Assembly (NCBI GenBank): GCA_043228905.1
Contig: JBHGNT010000009.1
Location: forward strand, 3,348,001 to 3,412,000
DNA: 64,000 nt
Direction: 5' to 3'
Source of the DNA: Azolla caroliniana
Lineage: Eukaryota > Plantae > Polypodiophyta
The translations under genes were made by a program, and so were the position numbers. The notes beneath the pieces are model-generated. The model ran no database searches. It was not told the DNA's origin and saw only the letters and a program-made list of their open reading frames with translations. This document shows positions 1 to 12,903 of the stretch, piece by piece (positions within the stretch are counted from its first letter, which is position 1; the number at the start of each line of letters is the position of its first letter).

Positions 1-399
1 CACGTTTCTAAAAATAATGTAGTTTCTAAACATAATGCCCGCCATAGATGACAATATTTGGTCTACGTATTTTGGTCCATGTGACTGCGATATTCTGGAT
101 GGGTTTTATGGCACTCTTGTGGTCTCAATTTGTCCCCATGATCCCATATAGGTGTGGGCCATTGGAACTGATATGAATTCGATGTCAATTTCAGTTGGTG
201 CATCAAAACTTGCAATTGTTGTATGATTCTCAATTGGTATCAAATGGCCCTCGTCATAATCTCGACGTGGTTGGGGCCATTCGAATAGGTGAGAGCCTGA
301 TCCAACGCCTAATGTGTTCTCAATTGCTAAATACTAATAAGACACATGATCCTAATGTGCTCCTAGTGGTTGAAACTTTGCAATATCAAACAAATGGTC

Positions 400-1170
400 A
401 ATATATGATTGTTGGCCAACTATGTTTCATTGGTGGCCAAGGCTTATCAACCATTTGCTTCATGGACAATTGTATTGTTTAGAAACAATGCGCTTCACCC
501 ATGAAAGCCAAAAAAGAAATCCCTAAAGAGATATGCCTTGCTATTATAAAATCATAAGATATACAAATGTTGTGTTGGATAAAGGAGTATACCAACCAAC
601 TCCATTGTGCTCACATCGTAGCCGATTTGATGTGTATATACAAGAACTACACGTATTTGTAAACTGTATCTCCAAGATTTTATGGTCTACTCCTCCCAAA
701 CTGTAATTGAGCATGCAATGTAACCTATACCACCAATATTTGTAGCAATAGAGTCCATAAACAAAGTTAGTAGACATTGTTTACCAAAATGACAGGAACA
801 ATATACATCCATATTATGTGACATTTTCACCCATGAAAGCCAATTCCTTGAGTAGTTCATCAATTAATAATAAAATCCCATCAAAACATATCGAAGCTCC
901 TTGTTGTATTATTTGCTCACTAGTGCAAACATTTCCATAGGACTATATCATGTCATATTAAGAAACAATCCTTATTCTCTTGACAAAGAAGACCAGTGGA
1001 CACCTAGAAGAGCTTCATCCTCAAATAGTTTCCTTGATTAAGAATAAAATCCTCTATACGAACTTGGAGACTCGAGGAAACTTCTCATATCAACGTGCTT
1101 ACACAATAATGGGATAGTTTGGTACTAGTCCAAATCATGTATGACCAAGCAACAACCCATGGACGCTCCA
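400..1170 (-). mobile_element. Degenerate Ty1/Copia integrase-region remnant
   Basis: Minus-strand fragments in the expected Copia order, with frameshifts and stops: HGLLLGH (~WHxRLGH pre-integrase), IDD/YSR across a 1-nt frameshift (~860), RLRCEHNGVGWYTP (~YTPQQNG), ARH...FMGEA (~FWGEA). Confidence 0.5.
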
Positions 1171-1499
1171 ATATAAGACATGACCAAGGAACATCATTGT
1201 GTTCATTGTTAGACAAGGCTAGCACTCAGAACTACATGACGTGCTTTTAGGAGCATAAACACTCCCATGTGAGACGAAATCATGTTTGACCAAGCCACAA
1301 TCCTTGTTCCATCCATAGACAAATCTTGCTTGTCAATTACATGTTATTTGATGTTGATGAGGCACATGCCAACTCTCTCTCAAATAATGCACACCCTCTC
1401 GATTTACAATGATCTTATTTATGGATACATGGGTCCACGCGCATTCCATGTCTTAGCCCACTAGTAACTACGAAATAAACATGTACACATGTATGCATT

Positions 1500-1791
1500 C
1501 ATCATTGATTATAGAGAGAGTTTTCTTATCTCAATGCTTCGTAACATGACTTTAACATGCTTGATCTTAAACGTGACTTACATTTTTGTGATGCTTGGAA
1601 CATAAATCAACATATCCCTTTGTTTCAACACTGGCTCCCAAAAATATGCCTACGTACTAGGCTAGATTCGTAGGCTTCCAACGGCCTACCGGTTACAATC
1701 CGATTCGGCTCTCTGATCCCCGATCTGGCTCTCCTATCCAACTCTGGCTTATTCAATCGATCCGGATCCGGTTGAGCTTGTTCACTCAACA
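1500..1791. mobile_element. LTR-like segment ending in ...TTGAGCTTGTTCACTCAACA (TGTTGAG on minus strand)
   Basis: The terminus and the preceding CTCCCAAAA..AACGGCCT..CGGTT..GATCCGG blocks match the element ending at 48273. It lies next to the Copia remnant. Inner boundary uncertain. Confidence 0.45.
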
Positions 1792-3553
1792 TGTTGTGCA
1801 GTCATTGGGCTTGACTTCACACTGTTTTGCTCTTGTATAGTCGATGTGTCATCGGTCCTAGTTTTTAGCTTTCATGTACCTCGATGTACATTCCATTCAT
1901 ATTGTGGATGAAAATGTGCATGTCGTCTGTGCACGATTTGAAAACCACCAATAGTATCTCGGGCATTCAAATTTATCACAAGCAATTTCTTATTTCTTGA
2001 TGCTCTACATTTGGAGAAATTTCATTTTACAAGCTTCTAAATTGTATATTTGATCTTTCATGCTTTCCCTCTTACGGTGCACTGGAATTGCTTGTCCTAT
2101 GCTCTTCCACATTTCTCGTAATTTCCTATTATTCCTCACTTCCAAGGAAAGTCTCCTAAATAGAATAGAGAATTAACATGTCATAAGATATCTCAACCAT
2201 GGTAAGTAAGTATGTGTTTTGTTATACTTGTACTTCGTAAATGTTGGATTCAAGTCTACACTATGCTACTAGTCTATGGTCACTCAATATCATTTGTTTC
2301 CCAATTGTGTGACTTATTATCCTCGTACTCTATTATACTTATGAAAAAGTTCCAGCATTAAGAGTTGAGTATGACCTTTTTCTGTTACTTTTCCATAATA
2401 TTAACCAATTTTTTTATTATCTTATTGTGATGTAGATTATGTGCAGTTGTTCAACATAGAAATATCATTGTGACATTTGCAATCTAAATAAGTTACACTA
2501 CCTACTCTCAAGAATCCCTTGACACTTAGAATAAAACAAGAATATCTATCACGATTTATATGAACATGTGCTTTTTGCCATCTCTTATAAGGCAACAACT
2601 CCTCCTTTATGAACATCATCAAGTGGATGGGCCCCAAGCAAACAAATATTTTCACAATGTGATAGTTTTTCTAGTGAAGGTGTCTCAAGGTGGTGTTGGT
2701 AGAGTTGACGAAGAGGAGAGGTGGATTTACCCCAGTAGAGGAAAAGTTTCCACATCAATGTCATTTTTTATAGTTGAGATTAGTCAAGGTGATTGCAGTC
2801 GAGTAAGGGCGAATGAGAGAAGGAGAAAATGTTAGTATAAAAAAGCTTGACCACATTTCATTGTCAAGATTTGGTCAACGTGATATCTAGGGTAGTGAAC
2901 GATGGGGGAACAAAGGAATTCTATTTATCGTAATTCAGACCTACTAAGATAAAACTCGGCTCCACAAAAGGATGACCACAAGAGCTCTAATTGCCCTACG
3001 ACTAAATGATGAATTTCCACGAAGAGGAGAGAGGTATTGCCTAACAAATATTTAGTCAATATGATCACGTACAGAGTCCAAACACGAGGGACAAAAGAGA
3101 TGGAAAAGCTCTATAGGCCATAACAGATATATTTTTTTTTCCGAATGAGGATGTGGTTAGGTGATCAATGGTGGACTCAAGAAAGGCAAGTCAAGAACTA
3201 CATAGACCTTCGTGAAGAAGAAAACTTTACTCGGGAAAGGAGCCTCTCTTCAGGTGAGAACATTAAGCCAAGTTTTGAGAGGCAAACTTTGCCCAGTCAA
3301 GGAGGAAGAACAGAAGAACTCTCATTGACCGTGGCAGTAGTGTAGTCAACATATGGTAAAGCTGTCATAGTCAAGGCCACATAAGACTTATGGTGAAGTC
3401 AATTCGCTCAAAGGAAAGAAAGAAGAGCTATCTATACATGCATGTACTGTATTCGACCATTTGTCAAAGGAAAGGTTCGTTAGTCAGTCAAGGTCTAGTC
3501 AAGAAAGGAAAAAAAGGAGGAAGAACGAAGCGAGGAAGTGGAAGCGGAATCAG

Positions 3554-3562
3554 AAACCCTAA
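3554..3562 (+). promoter_or_regulatory. Telo-box (AAACCCTAA) upstream of the LPP gene
   Basis: Exact motif about 230 bp upstream of the proposed ATG at 3786. Confidence 0.4.
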
Positions 3563-3785
3563 ACTGGCGGAAATGAGAAGAAAAGCGACGGTCAGAATCG
3601 AAGCCTGTGAAATGTATGATCTGCTGAGTGAAATGGTCGATCAGTGCGAATCGAACGTAGTCCGAATGTCATGAAGGAACGCAGGAGATTCAGGCATCCT
3701 GTTTCATCTTCGTCTTCTGTCTCTCAATTAGCTATGGCGAAGGAGAACGACACGGGGGAACGACATTTTACTTGAGAATCTGCTC

Positions 3786-3963
3786 ATGGAAGAGACTCCA
3801 TTGTAAGCAATATTCGAAGCTCCATCGTCTGCAGACTGCAACAAGTACGACGATATATTTAGATCTGTCTCAAAGTAGTCTTCTGCGTCTCCTCCTTTCG
3901 ACATGAACGGCCATCAGGCACTCTCAGACCACTACGAAACTCCTCTTTCTCCTCTTTCGGGTA

Positions 3964-3995
<32 letters not shown>

Positions 3996-6900
3996 TAATT
4001 TTTTCTTGAACTATGAGTAATTGTTTTCCAAAGGCGTAGTTTCCACAGAGATTCAACTAGTTTTCTCAAACACCGAAGCCGCCATAACAGCGAGATATCT
4101 AGCTTCCTCACCAGATATACAATCTCTTCTCTTTCTCCTCGTTTCTTCCTACATTTTGTCAGAAACCTGCAGATATTGCAGTTTTTAATATTTATCAGGG
4201 TTTCTGGCTACACTTCTTTGAAAATGTGCAGATTCTATGAGTATTTTTGTCAAAGTTTGAGTGTCCTCGTCAGATATAAAGAGTCTTTTCTCGATCAATT
4301 TCTATGTCTTTCTTGCTCAATTTGTACACTTTGTCAAAAACTTGGTTTTCTCAGTAGATTCTCTCCCGATGTATTTCTTGTGTAAATGATTGCATTTGTC
4401 AATGACATAGCTTCCACAGCAGATGCAACAGTCTACTCTCTATCTTCATATTATTCTCTTCGTTTCTTTGTTTGCATGAGCACGGCATATCTTGATCAGC
4501 AAATTGAAGTTTTTATTTTTTTCGTCTTTCTTTTCTGGGCAAGTTGAGTTCGTCAAAGATCTAACATTTCCACCAGATTATCGTCATACTCCAGTCTCCT
4601 CTCTTGGAACGTATGATCAAAATTATAGCTTTCTCAATCTATTTGAGCAAACACTGTCTTTCCTTATTTCGTTTCTGTATATCTGACCTGTTGTTCAATC
4701 CCTCTCCTTCATGTTGTCTGACAATTTATTTACTTTGAATTATCACATCAATCTTTTTTTCTCTCTCTCATAAATAGCCGTATTCCTCTCAATTTACCTC
4801 TCAGGCGATCTCCCGTAAGCTTAAGAAAATATCTACAGGCTCGTGAAACGTGTCAAAGATGATGATACTTATTGCAACAAATATTTGTAGAACATGAGCT
4901 ATTTAATTTTCATTGTCATACTCAGATTATCTCATGTCTCTTTGATGAATCTTTAGCGTTCTCAGCTAGTCTTTATTTCCTGTACTTCTGTAATAGTTCT
5001 AAACTCTCAAATTGGTGTTAATCTTCTGAAGTTTTATCTTTGAATTCAGCTCGTTTACATGTTCTCATTTAAGAAGCTTTTATCCTGGTGGTCAAGCCTT
5101 CTACTCCTCTATTCAATCTAATGTAAAACTATTTTCTTCTGGAACTTTGCCATAGGCTTGCAGGTTGAAGCTTTATTTTTTAGGTGATTCATGTTTATAT
5201 TTTGTAATGATCATAATATCATATCATGCCGAAGTTGTAGTTTGTGGTTGCATCATTTGTAAAGCTAATACATTTCAAAAGTACAAGCTAAGCTTCATTT
5301 TATAAAGTTGCAAGTGCCATAGTTCCGTTGGTGGGTATGTCATGTATATGCCATTTTTGTTTGGTAGGTAGAGCAAGAATGGTATGACACGTAGGACCAT
5401 ATGAGGTGTCATTTGGGCATTGCTTATAAATATTCAAACTTGTGAATTTTTTGTGGCAGAAATTCCGAAAAAATAGAGTGGAGAAAGGTAAGGTATCAAT
5501 TATTGAGAATTATGGCTCTAAAGTCCATCTTGTGAAACTGTGCTGAATAGATTGGTTGCGAAGTACATCATATAGTGCTGTAAAAGAGTGGTAACAGTTA
5601 TGGTCATTAATGCTATCCTGTATTGGGAATTGATCATTGCACCCTTTTTTTGTTTTCCTTTCCACACTTTTCTCTTTGGTCAGTTAAATTATTACCGTGG
5701 AATTATTTGTAATTGGCTTATTGCAGCAAAATTTGGGTCAGATACTGGTCTTTCGATGGAGACAAGGCAATCTGAACCAACATACAATGATGCAAAAATG
5801 ACTCTAAAAGGGGCTACCTACAAACTTATTAGATTTCATCTCCATGATTGGCTTGCAATTTTTGGTCTTGCTATTCTTGATGGGATATTGAATGTCATCA
5901 CTCCTTTCTATCGATTCGTTGGGCAAACAATGATTGGAGACTATATGTTTCCACTAAAACCAAACACGATACCTTTTCAAGCAGTACCCGTACGTTTTTT
6001 ATCCCAATCCCTTCATTTTGGAGTAACTCAGCATATTGCATGATGTATTATCATGAAGGACTCTTAATTGAAAGGCACAGCTGAATTGAAGTTTGTGAAG
6101 AATTTGAAATGATCTTTTTTGTGTTACTGAAGTTGGAAATGGTTGAGATACTCAGAGAACTTTCAGATATCTTTTGTTGTTGGAGATGGAAACAAATCTG
6201 ATGAAACTCATGTATGACCATGTTTCCTGCTTCAAAAGATTCTTTGTTGATTGTGTGCGTTTGTATTCAAGGATGAAAGAGTAAAAAGACGGTACAAAAG
6301 CTGCAAACAGTGCGTGAAATTGATAATGAGGAAACTAAAAGAATAGTTGTGTTAGGTATTGAGAAGGTTTTCTATTTTCAAGTCGAATGCTTGTCTTGAA
6401 TGAGATCATTGCTTGACAATATTCCCTATATCTATTCAAATGTTAAATTAATTAATTTATATCTACCACAGGTCATCGCATTAGTCTTTCCTCTTATTGT
6501 CTTTGTGGTGTATTTTCTCTACACAAAAGACATCACTGATTTACACCATGCAATCCTTGGTGAGTTCTCATGCTTCAGCAGATATATAATTAATGTTCCA
6601 ACATCTGACAAGTATTAATGTACTAATATATATGTTTTATAATGTCAGGGCTTTTCTTTGCGGTTTTGATCACTGCTGTCATCACTGACTCCATAAAAGA
6701 TGCTGTTGGTCGTCCACGGCCAGATTTCTTTTGGCGGTGCTTTCCTGATGGAAATGCTGTAAGTATTCTGATATTTTTGTATAAATGATTGAATTAAGAA
6801 CAGATGAGTCACACAGCTTCTTTTACTAGGTCTACAGAAACGATACTGGAGAGGTTGTGTGCCATGGTGAAAAGGCAGTAATAAAAGAAGGCCACAAAAG

Positions 6901-8229
6901 CTTCCCAAGTGGACACACATCATGTAAAAATTCTATCAACTTTATGCTTCTTGGTGATCCTATCAGCCTTGTTTTGTCAATTTCTGTAGTTCTCGGTGAT
7001 TCTATTATCCTTAAACTTATTGATGGTTTGCTTTTGCACTGAATACTGTAGGGTCTTTTGCTGGGATGACATTTCTGTCAATGTATTTAGCGGGAAAATT
7101 CCAACTTTTCAATGGTCGAGGGCATGTGGCTAAAATTTCCATAGTCTTTGCTCCAATTCTAGCTGCCTTATTAGTAGGCCTTTCCCGAGTTGATGACTAT
7201 TGGCATCATTGGGAAGATGTATTTGCAGGAGCACTCATTGGTAATTTTTTGTTTTGATTCAGAATTAAAAACGATAATAATGTTATGAAGTAATTGCTTG
7301 ACTCAGAACTAGTGCGTTATCTAATTGAATTCTTCAAAGACCCAAAATCTAAAGAAATTGATATAAAAGGAAAGTTCTACTATTTTCCCTTACAAAGCGA
7401 GATTCTAAAATTGGTCAATGTTTTACATTCCTTAATATTCATGAAGATTGAAGGTTCAAAATTAGTAGCATCAGGGAAAATAAAGCTACTAATATATCAG
7501 ATGCGAGAACTTGTGTTAAAACATTTTAACTATAGATTTTACCGTTTAAACATAGAACAAATATAAGCTGTGGTGGGAGACATCTCTAAAATAGTTGTAG
7601 GAACTAGACATAGGTAATTTTATCTTGTACATTATGCATTTAAATGTAATGACAGTTTCTGGGAAGTTGAGATTTAATAATGCATTTGCACAATGCATAT
7701 CCATCATGCATGGTTTCAGATTCATTTCTTTCCTCTATCTTTTGCAGGTACAATAATGGCAGTTTTAAGTTACCATCACGTGTTTCCTTCAATATTTGGT
7801 GAAAATAGTAAGAAGAGCAAGAACTTTCTGAGTCGTATGTAAATTATCTTCGAGATACCCCAGAGTTTTTCTTTATTTCCCCAAAGACCCCTGAATATTC
7901 ATTATTTCCCGAGTATCCCTTATCAACCCCAGAAAGAGAGAAAGATGGTGATGAATTGACTATCTATTTGCTCAAATATCATTTACAGTTGCTGAATGAA
8001 GGGGTTGATGGAGGGCATTTAGGGAAGTAATGAAAATTTAGGGACGTTTGGGAAAGTAATAAAAACATTGGGGCATTTCAGAGATTTCCATTGTATTGTG
8101 GACAAACATGTCATTCTTTTCTGTGTATTATCAGGTGCTGAACCATATAAACACCTTCCAATAGGAAATGACTTCAATCTGGTTTGGTTTTGTCGTCTGA
8201 AACAAGCAGAACATGAGAATGATGTTTAA
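3786..8229 (+). CDS. LPP: Lipid phosphate phosphatase (PAP2 family, phosphatidate phosphatase)
   Basis: Core exons 5727/5756-5989, 6472-6559, 6649-6758, 6830-6923, 7052-7240, 7748-7807 and 8135-8229 splice in frame through GT-AG introns. They carry the three PAP2 motifs [13 protein letters not shown] and [12 protein letters not shown]. Probable 5' exons 3786-3802, 4805-4814 and 5460-5487 add [28 protein letters not shown]; the alternative start is ATG 5756. Confidence 0.92.
7839..8089. mobile_element. MITE-like foldback element in the last LPP intron
   Basis: ~85-90 bp imperfect inverted arms (7839-7930 ending ATCAACCCC; 8001-8089 starting GGGGTTGAT) around a ~70 bp spacer. No TSD identified. 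Confidence 0.6.
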
Positions 8230-8596
8230 GATATTATGGCCAAAGTATCGAACTCTGTGTGGCATTCTTGTGTAATGCAAACCACAAGAAAAACACTCTG
8301 TTTTCTTCCATGATTTCAAATTAATCCTTCAATTGAACTCTGGTAAAACCCTCCAATTTGAATAGATTCAGAACTCTCTCGTCAAAAGTTTTTCCCTAAT
8401 ATTATTGTCAGCATTGTTTCAGTTACAGTGGACCTTGTATGCGCGTGTTTGCATGGCAGTGCCACCTTTCGGAGAATTTCCTAGAATGTTTCGTATGTTT
8501 GAGGGCTTGATTCAGTTATGGTGGTAATACGTATACAGTAAGGAACTCCATATCATCTAATCCAATGTTATGGTTACAGATATACACTTTGAGAAA

Positions 8597-9204
8597 AACT
8601 TGCTTGTGCAGCATATGTTGATTTGCATTTGAAGTATGTTCCCGCCCAACACTTCTATGTGATTTTATTGAGTTATTTGGATGCTTCACACTTCATCTAC
8701 TTTATTCTTCCCCACACATGCACTTAATCTGTGAAATGTTTGGGTTAAAGATCTACTCTATTGAGTATTCAAACTTTGGGTTGTAGATCTACTCTTTAAG
8801 AGTAACTTGTTTGTGCAGTATATGTGGATTTGTGATTCAAGTTAGTTTCCCCCTACTTTAGCACGAATTTGTTTTTAGTTATTTTTATGCATCTTTCTTT
8901 CTCTGACTGATTCTTTCTCCTCACATGCACTTAGTTTCTTGAATTGTTCTATTCCATTGGATAAGGATGTGTATTAAGATTGAAGAGTTGGGTTGAGTAG
9001 GTAGACATTATGATGAAGAAAAGGTTATGTGATGTTGCTTTTGTTCAGTTTTTAAGAAACCAAGGATTGGTCTTCAAGGCAGAATCCTTGATGAGTCAAG
9101 TTGGGTAGGTAGGCATTATGAAAAATCATGATGAAAAAATGGGTTATGGGTTGTTGCTTTTGTTCAGTTTTTAAGAAACCAAGGATTGGTCTTGAAGGCA
9201 GAAT
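8597..9204. repeat. Two local direct duplications downstream of LPP
   Basis: AACTTG(C/T)TTGTGCAG... block at ~8597 and ~8803; ...GTTGCTTTTGTTCAGTTTTTAAGAAACCAAGGATTGGTCTT(C/G)AAGGCAGAAT block at ~8986-9085 and ~9098-9204. Confidence 0.7.
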
Positions 9205-9593
9205 AAAAGTAACTTTTAAGTTAATATAAAAATTGAGATTTCCTTGTTCATTGCCAAACTATTAGGAAACATATTTTTGATTGCCCATCTATAGTGACTT
9301 CACATTGTATTGATATTTCTTTTTCTTTTTTCTATGTTTAAACTTGTGAGAATAAATCACTCTTATAAATTTACGAATCTAGTCCATTCATATTTTCCTC
9401 AAAAAAATCATCGAGGCATGGTGTTGAAGTTCAACACCAATTTCTCACCCATGTTTAAAGGTTGTAAAAAACAAAGATGAAGCAAATTTTACAATCATGA
9501 GTTGGAAAGGTATTAATGCTTTTCAATGTCTTTTGTGTAGATAGCATTGTTAAAAAACATTAGAATACAAGTGTTGCTAGAGAAAAGTTTGAT

Positions 9594-11743
9594 CCCGAGA
9601 GGTAGGGGACCACTAGACAGGCTTGAAAGCTCTGAATTGCGAGACATTGAGACACCGACACAGAATAACGCAATTCGAGTACTCGCGTATACTAGTCATA
9701 AATGGATTGTAGATCTTGATCCGATCAAAGTACAACCCAATTGGCACATATGTACTCATGAAAACACATGGCTACGTAAGGTAAGTTGGGACCCTTTGCA
9801 ATGGACATGGCGTGATCCCTACGCGGGGCAAGGAAGCAAACCCATCCCTTTCTTCCAATTCACAACTAGATTAGGTCGCCACATTCTAGCTGCTCAAACC
9901 GCTCGAGAGCCGACTGCTGCGAAGGTCTGGCACACATTTCAAGTTCCTCCCACAATAATCACCAAGTTTTGGCAAAAAATCTGGAAACAACAACTCGTGA
10001 GGCGAATTACCACGTTGTCGTGAAGATCCGTCACTACGCGCGAATCGTGAGGCGGAACCGTCGGGGTTATGGACCAGAAGGATTTAGAGTCGATACAAGC
10101 TTTGGCGAGAAAGTACTTAAGATAGATTGGGAAAGAGAGAAGTTGAGATTACACGATTGATTTGATAACGAATTTCTTCCTCTTAATTTTCATAAAAAAA
10201 AACCGTGTTTTTTCTCCTCCCCCTTCCCTCTTTTATAGATGCTCTCATGCATATGATGCATGTGAGGGTACAAGACATGCATAAATTGCATGTTTGCCAT
10301 TTGGCGCTTAAGTATTACATGTGGTGCATGCTAACCATGTCACTCATTTTAGCTCTCATGTATGAGAATTTACATGTAAAACTACAATGATAGAAATATA
10401 ATTTCAACTAAATAGTATGGCTTAATGGTAAGCCAATTGACTCCTAACTTGGAGGTGCAAGGTTTGAATCCATACTTGCCTTCCTTGTATATGTAAATAT
10501 GTATATATATTTATATATTTATTTTATCTAGTCGCCGGACGCCGGTTCACCGGATACCGGTGCCTCGCCAAATGCCGCCGCCGGATACCGGTGCCGTCGC
10601 CGGATGCCGGCCTCGTCGGATGCCGGTGCCGCATGCCGCCGCCGGATTGCAGTCGGATGTCGTCGGATCACCGGCTCCATCGTCGGTCCGGTTTTGGTTG
10701 GCCAAAACCCTTTTCAAGTAGCTAGCCACCTCCACTCTTAGTTCAAGTTACCTTGAACTCTCTATGCTCCACACATAGACACAAAGATAATATCTTTTGC
10801 TCCACCTTATATATGATGAGAGCCGTATTTGTCGTGCCTATGTGGGATATCTCACAATTTTCTCTTTTCTTTTCACGAACTTTATACCCTCATATCTTGA
10901 CATTTAGTTGTCCATTTCTCGTGTAATAAAGTGCATTCAAACCTCCATCATTTTGTACTTAGATATTAAAAATGTTATCTTCACAATTATTGTATTACGT
11001 GATTCATACTCGATTTCGTACGTTTTATGGGATTTTCACACTATTGCCGAAAATCTTCACGATAACGTTCCAATGGCTATTAATACATAAGTCCCTACCA
11101 GTGGGAGCATGGCAACGTGGGAACCTTAGCTCTCCTAATTGTGTAGAGTGCCCCCATGCAATAGAATCAATACGACACGCTCTGTGGGACTGCCCAACGT
11201 CCCATCGAATATGGTGGGGGGTTGGCCGCTTGTTGCAATTATGCCAGGTGCAAGGCTCAATGAAGTGGGGAAATATATGTTGGCTATCATGGCAGATTGT
11301 AATTGGTAGATACGAGCATCAAGAGGAGGGGATGACTTTGGTGAGAAAAGCACGGGAGGTCTTTTTCTCCTCCAGCGGCAATGTCCACTCCACTCCTCGT
11401 AATGACAAATCTCAAGAGGTGTTGGAATTGGTCAGCCCAATAACTCTTTGGATTCTATGGAAACAACGATGTAGGCGAGTCTTCTCCAACCAAACCGCAT
11501 ATCCAACAAGGTTATTGCAAGAGATATGGAGTGAAATTGTAGCCACTCTAAAGAGCCAATATGATGGCCTTAAGGGCGGCTCCGATGGAGTTGAAAGACA
11601 ACGAATAGCCTTCATCCGACAATGGTCGTCCTCTCCCTTTCTTGAGTCAATGGGCATCCACATAAGATGGAACTATTACGTCCCTATAGGGATTTTTAAA
11701 TTTTTATAACTAATGGAATGAGTTTTTTTTGGAAAAAAAAAAC
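9594..11743 (+). mobile_element. 5'-truncated LINE (ORF2 C-terminal zf-RVT region) interrupted by a solo LTR
   Basis: Translation KFWQKIWKQQLVRRITT|FQWLLIHKSLPV...CVECPHAIESIRHALWDC...LWILWKQRCRRVF is the typical LINE CCHC zf-RVT tail. Poly(A) at ~11733-11742. TSD AAGTTTGAT at 9585-9593 and 11744-11752. Confidence 0.85.
10016..11064. mobile_element. Solo LTR nested in the LINE
   Basis: Termini TGTCGTGAAGAT...ATCTTCACGATA form a 12-bp inverted repeat with one mismatch. 4-bp TSD ACGT at 10012-10015 and 11065-11068. Removing it restores the LINE reading frame. Internal GC-rich CCGGAT(A/G)CCGG repeats. Confidence 0.8.
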
Positions 11744-12329
11744 AAGTTTGATAAGAGAACAATATTTAGGTAGGAGCGCATTATCAATTGAGGCATGCCA
11801 ATGGAAATCTTAATGCTTCATGTTTGTTAGAAAAAACCAATGTGGTTGATTATCATGCCTCCTAAAAAAACATATGGACAAGCATCTAATCCTCAATCCT
11901 TCAACTCTTTTAGCTAGTCATGTGGACAAGTTGAATATGCATGCCAATTTGTAATATGATTGGCTGAAGTGTCCATGATAAACAAAAACCTTGGGATAGT
12001 ACTAATTGGGAAGTATTAAAAACAATTCAAGCCTCCTAGCAATGACCTCGTGAGAAAAAGACATAAAACTCAACTTGGTCTTAAATATGGTCAAATATAT
12101 TTAAAGGGAAGCACACCAAGAATAACCCACAACATTTACATACTAGCTATTACAACAATCAATGGATCTATACCATCACACTCTCAATGCTTTTACTAAT
12201 GGTTAACATATCCTTCACTTATGCCATGACCATATGAAATTCAAAATTTCATGTAACTTATTTGTAGATTATTTTCTTGTTGATTGTGTAATTTTATCAT
12301 AGATTATTTATCCTCAAATTATTGGATAA

Positions 12330-12903
12330 AGAATGTTGATTATAATATAGGATGATACATGTGCACAAGAAGACAATGTGGTGGGGTCAACAATTCATAG
12401 GAGGTTGATATGGAGTTCTTATAGTTTTATAGGGTTGAGCTTGTTTTTATACATGAGAGCGATACCATGTTAATGAATGTGTATGTATTTTTTGTACTTC
12501 CACGTTCAAGGATAACAATAAAGGCAAAAGACCTTTAATGATTTGTGCCATTTTAAAATTTATAGTAACAGAACCAATGTGTCAATCGATGTAATATAGG
12601 AATCGAGAATGTTGATTATAATTTATATTATAGGATGATACATGTGCACAAGAAGACTAGAAGACAATGCGGTGGGGTCAGCAATTCATAGGAGGTTGAT
12701 AAGGAGTTCTTGTAGTTTTATAGGGTTGAGCTTGTTTTTATACATGAGAGATAGTACTATTACCATGCTAATGTATGTGTATATATTTTTTGCACTTCCA
12801 CTCTCGAGTATAACAATAAAGGCGAAAGTTCAAAGACCTTGAATGATTTGTGCCATTTTATAGTAATAAAACCAACATGTCAATGTAATATAGGAATTGA
12901 GAA
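12330..12903. repeat. ~277-bp tandem duplication (2 diverged copies)
   Basis: AGAATGTTGATTATAAT...GGATGATACATGTGCACAAGAAGAC... begins at 12330 and again at 12607. Confidence 0.85.
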
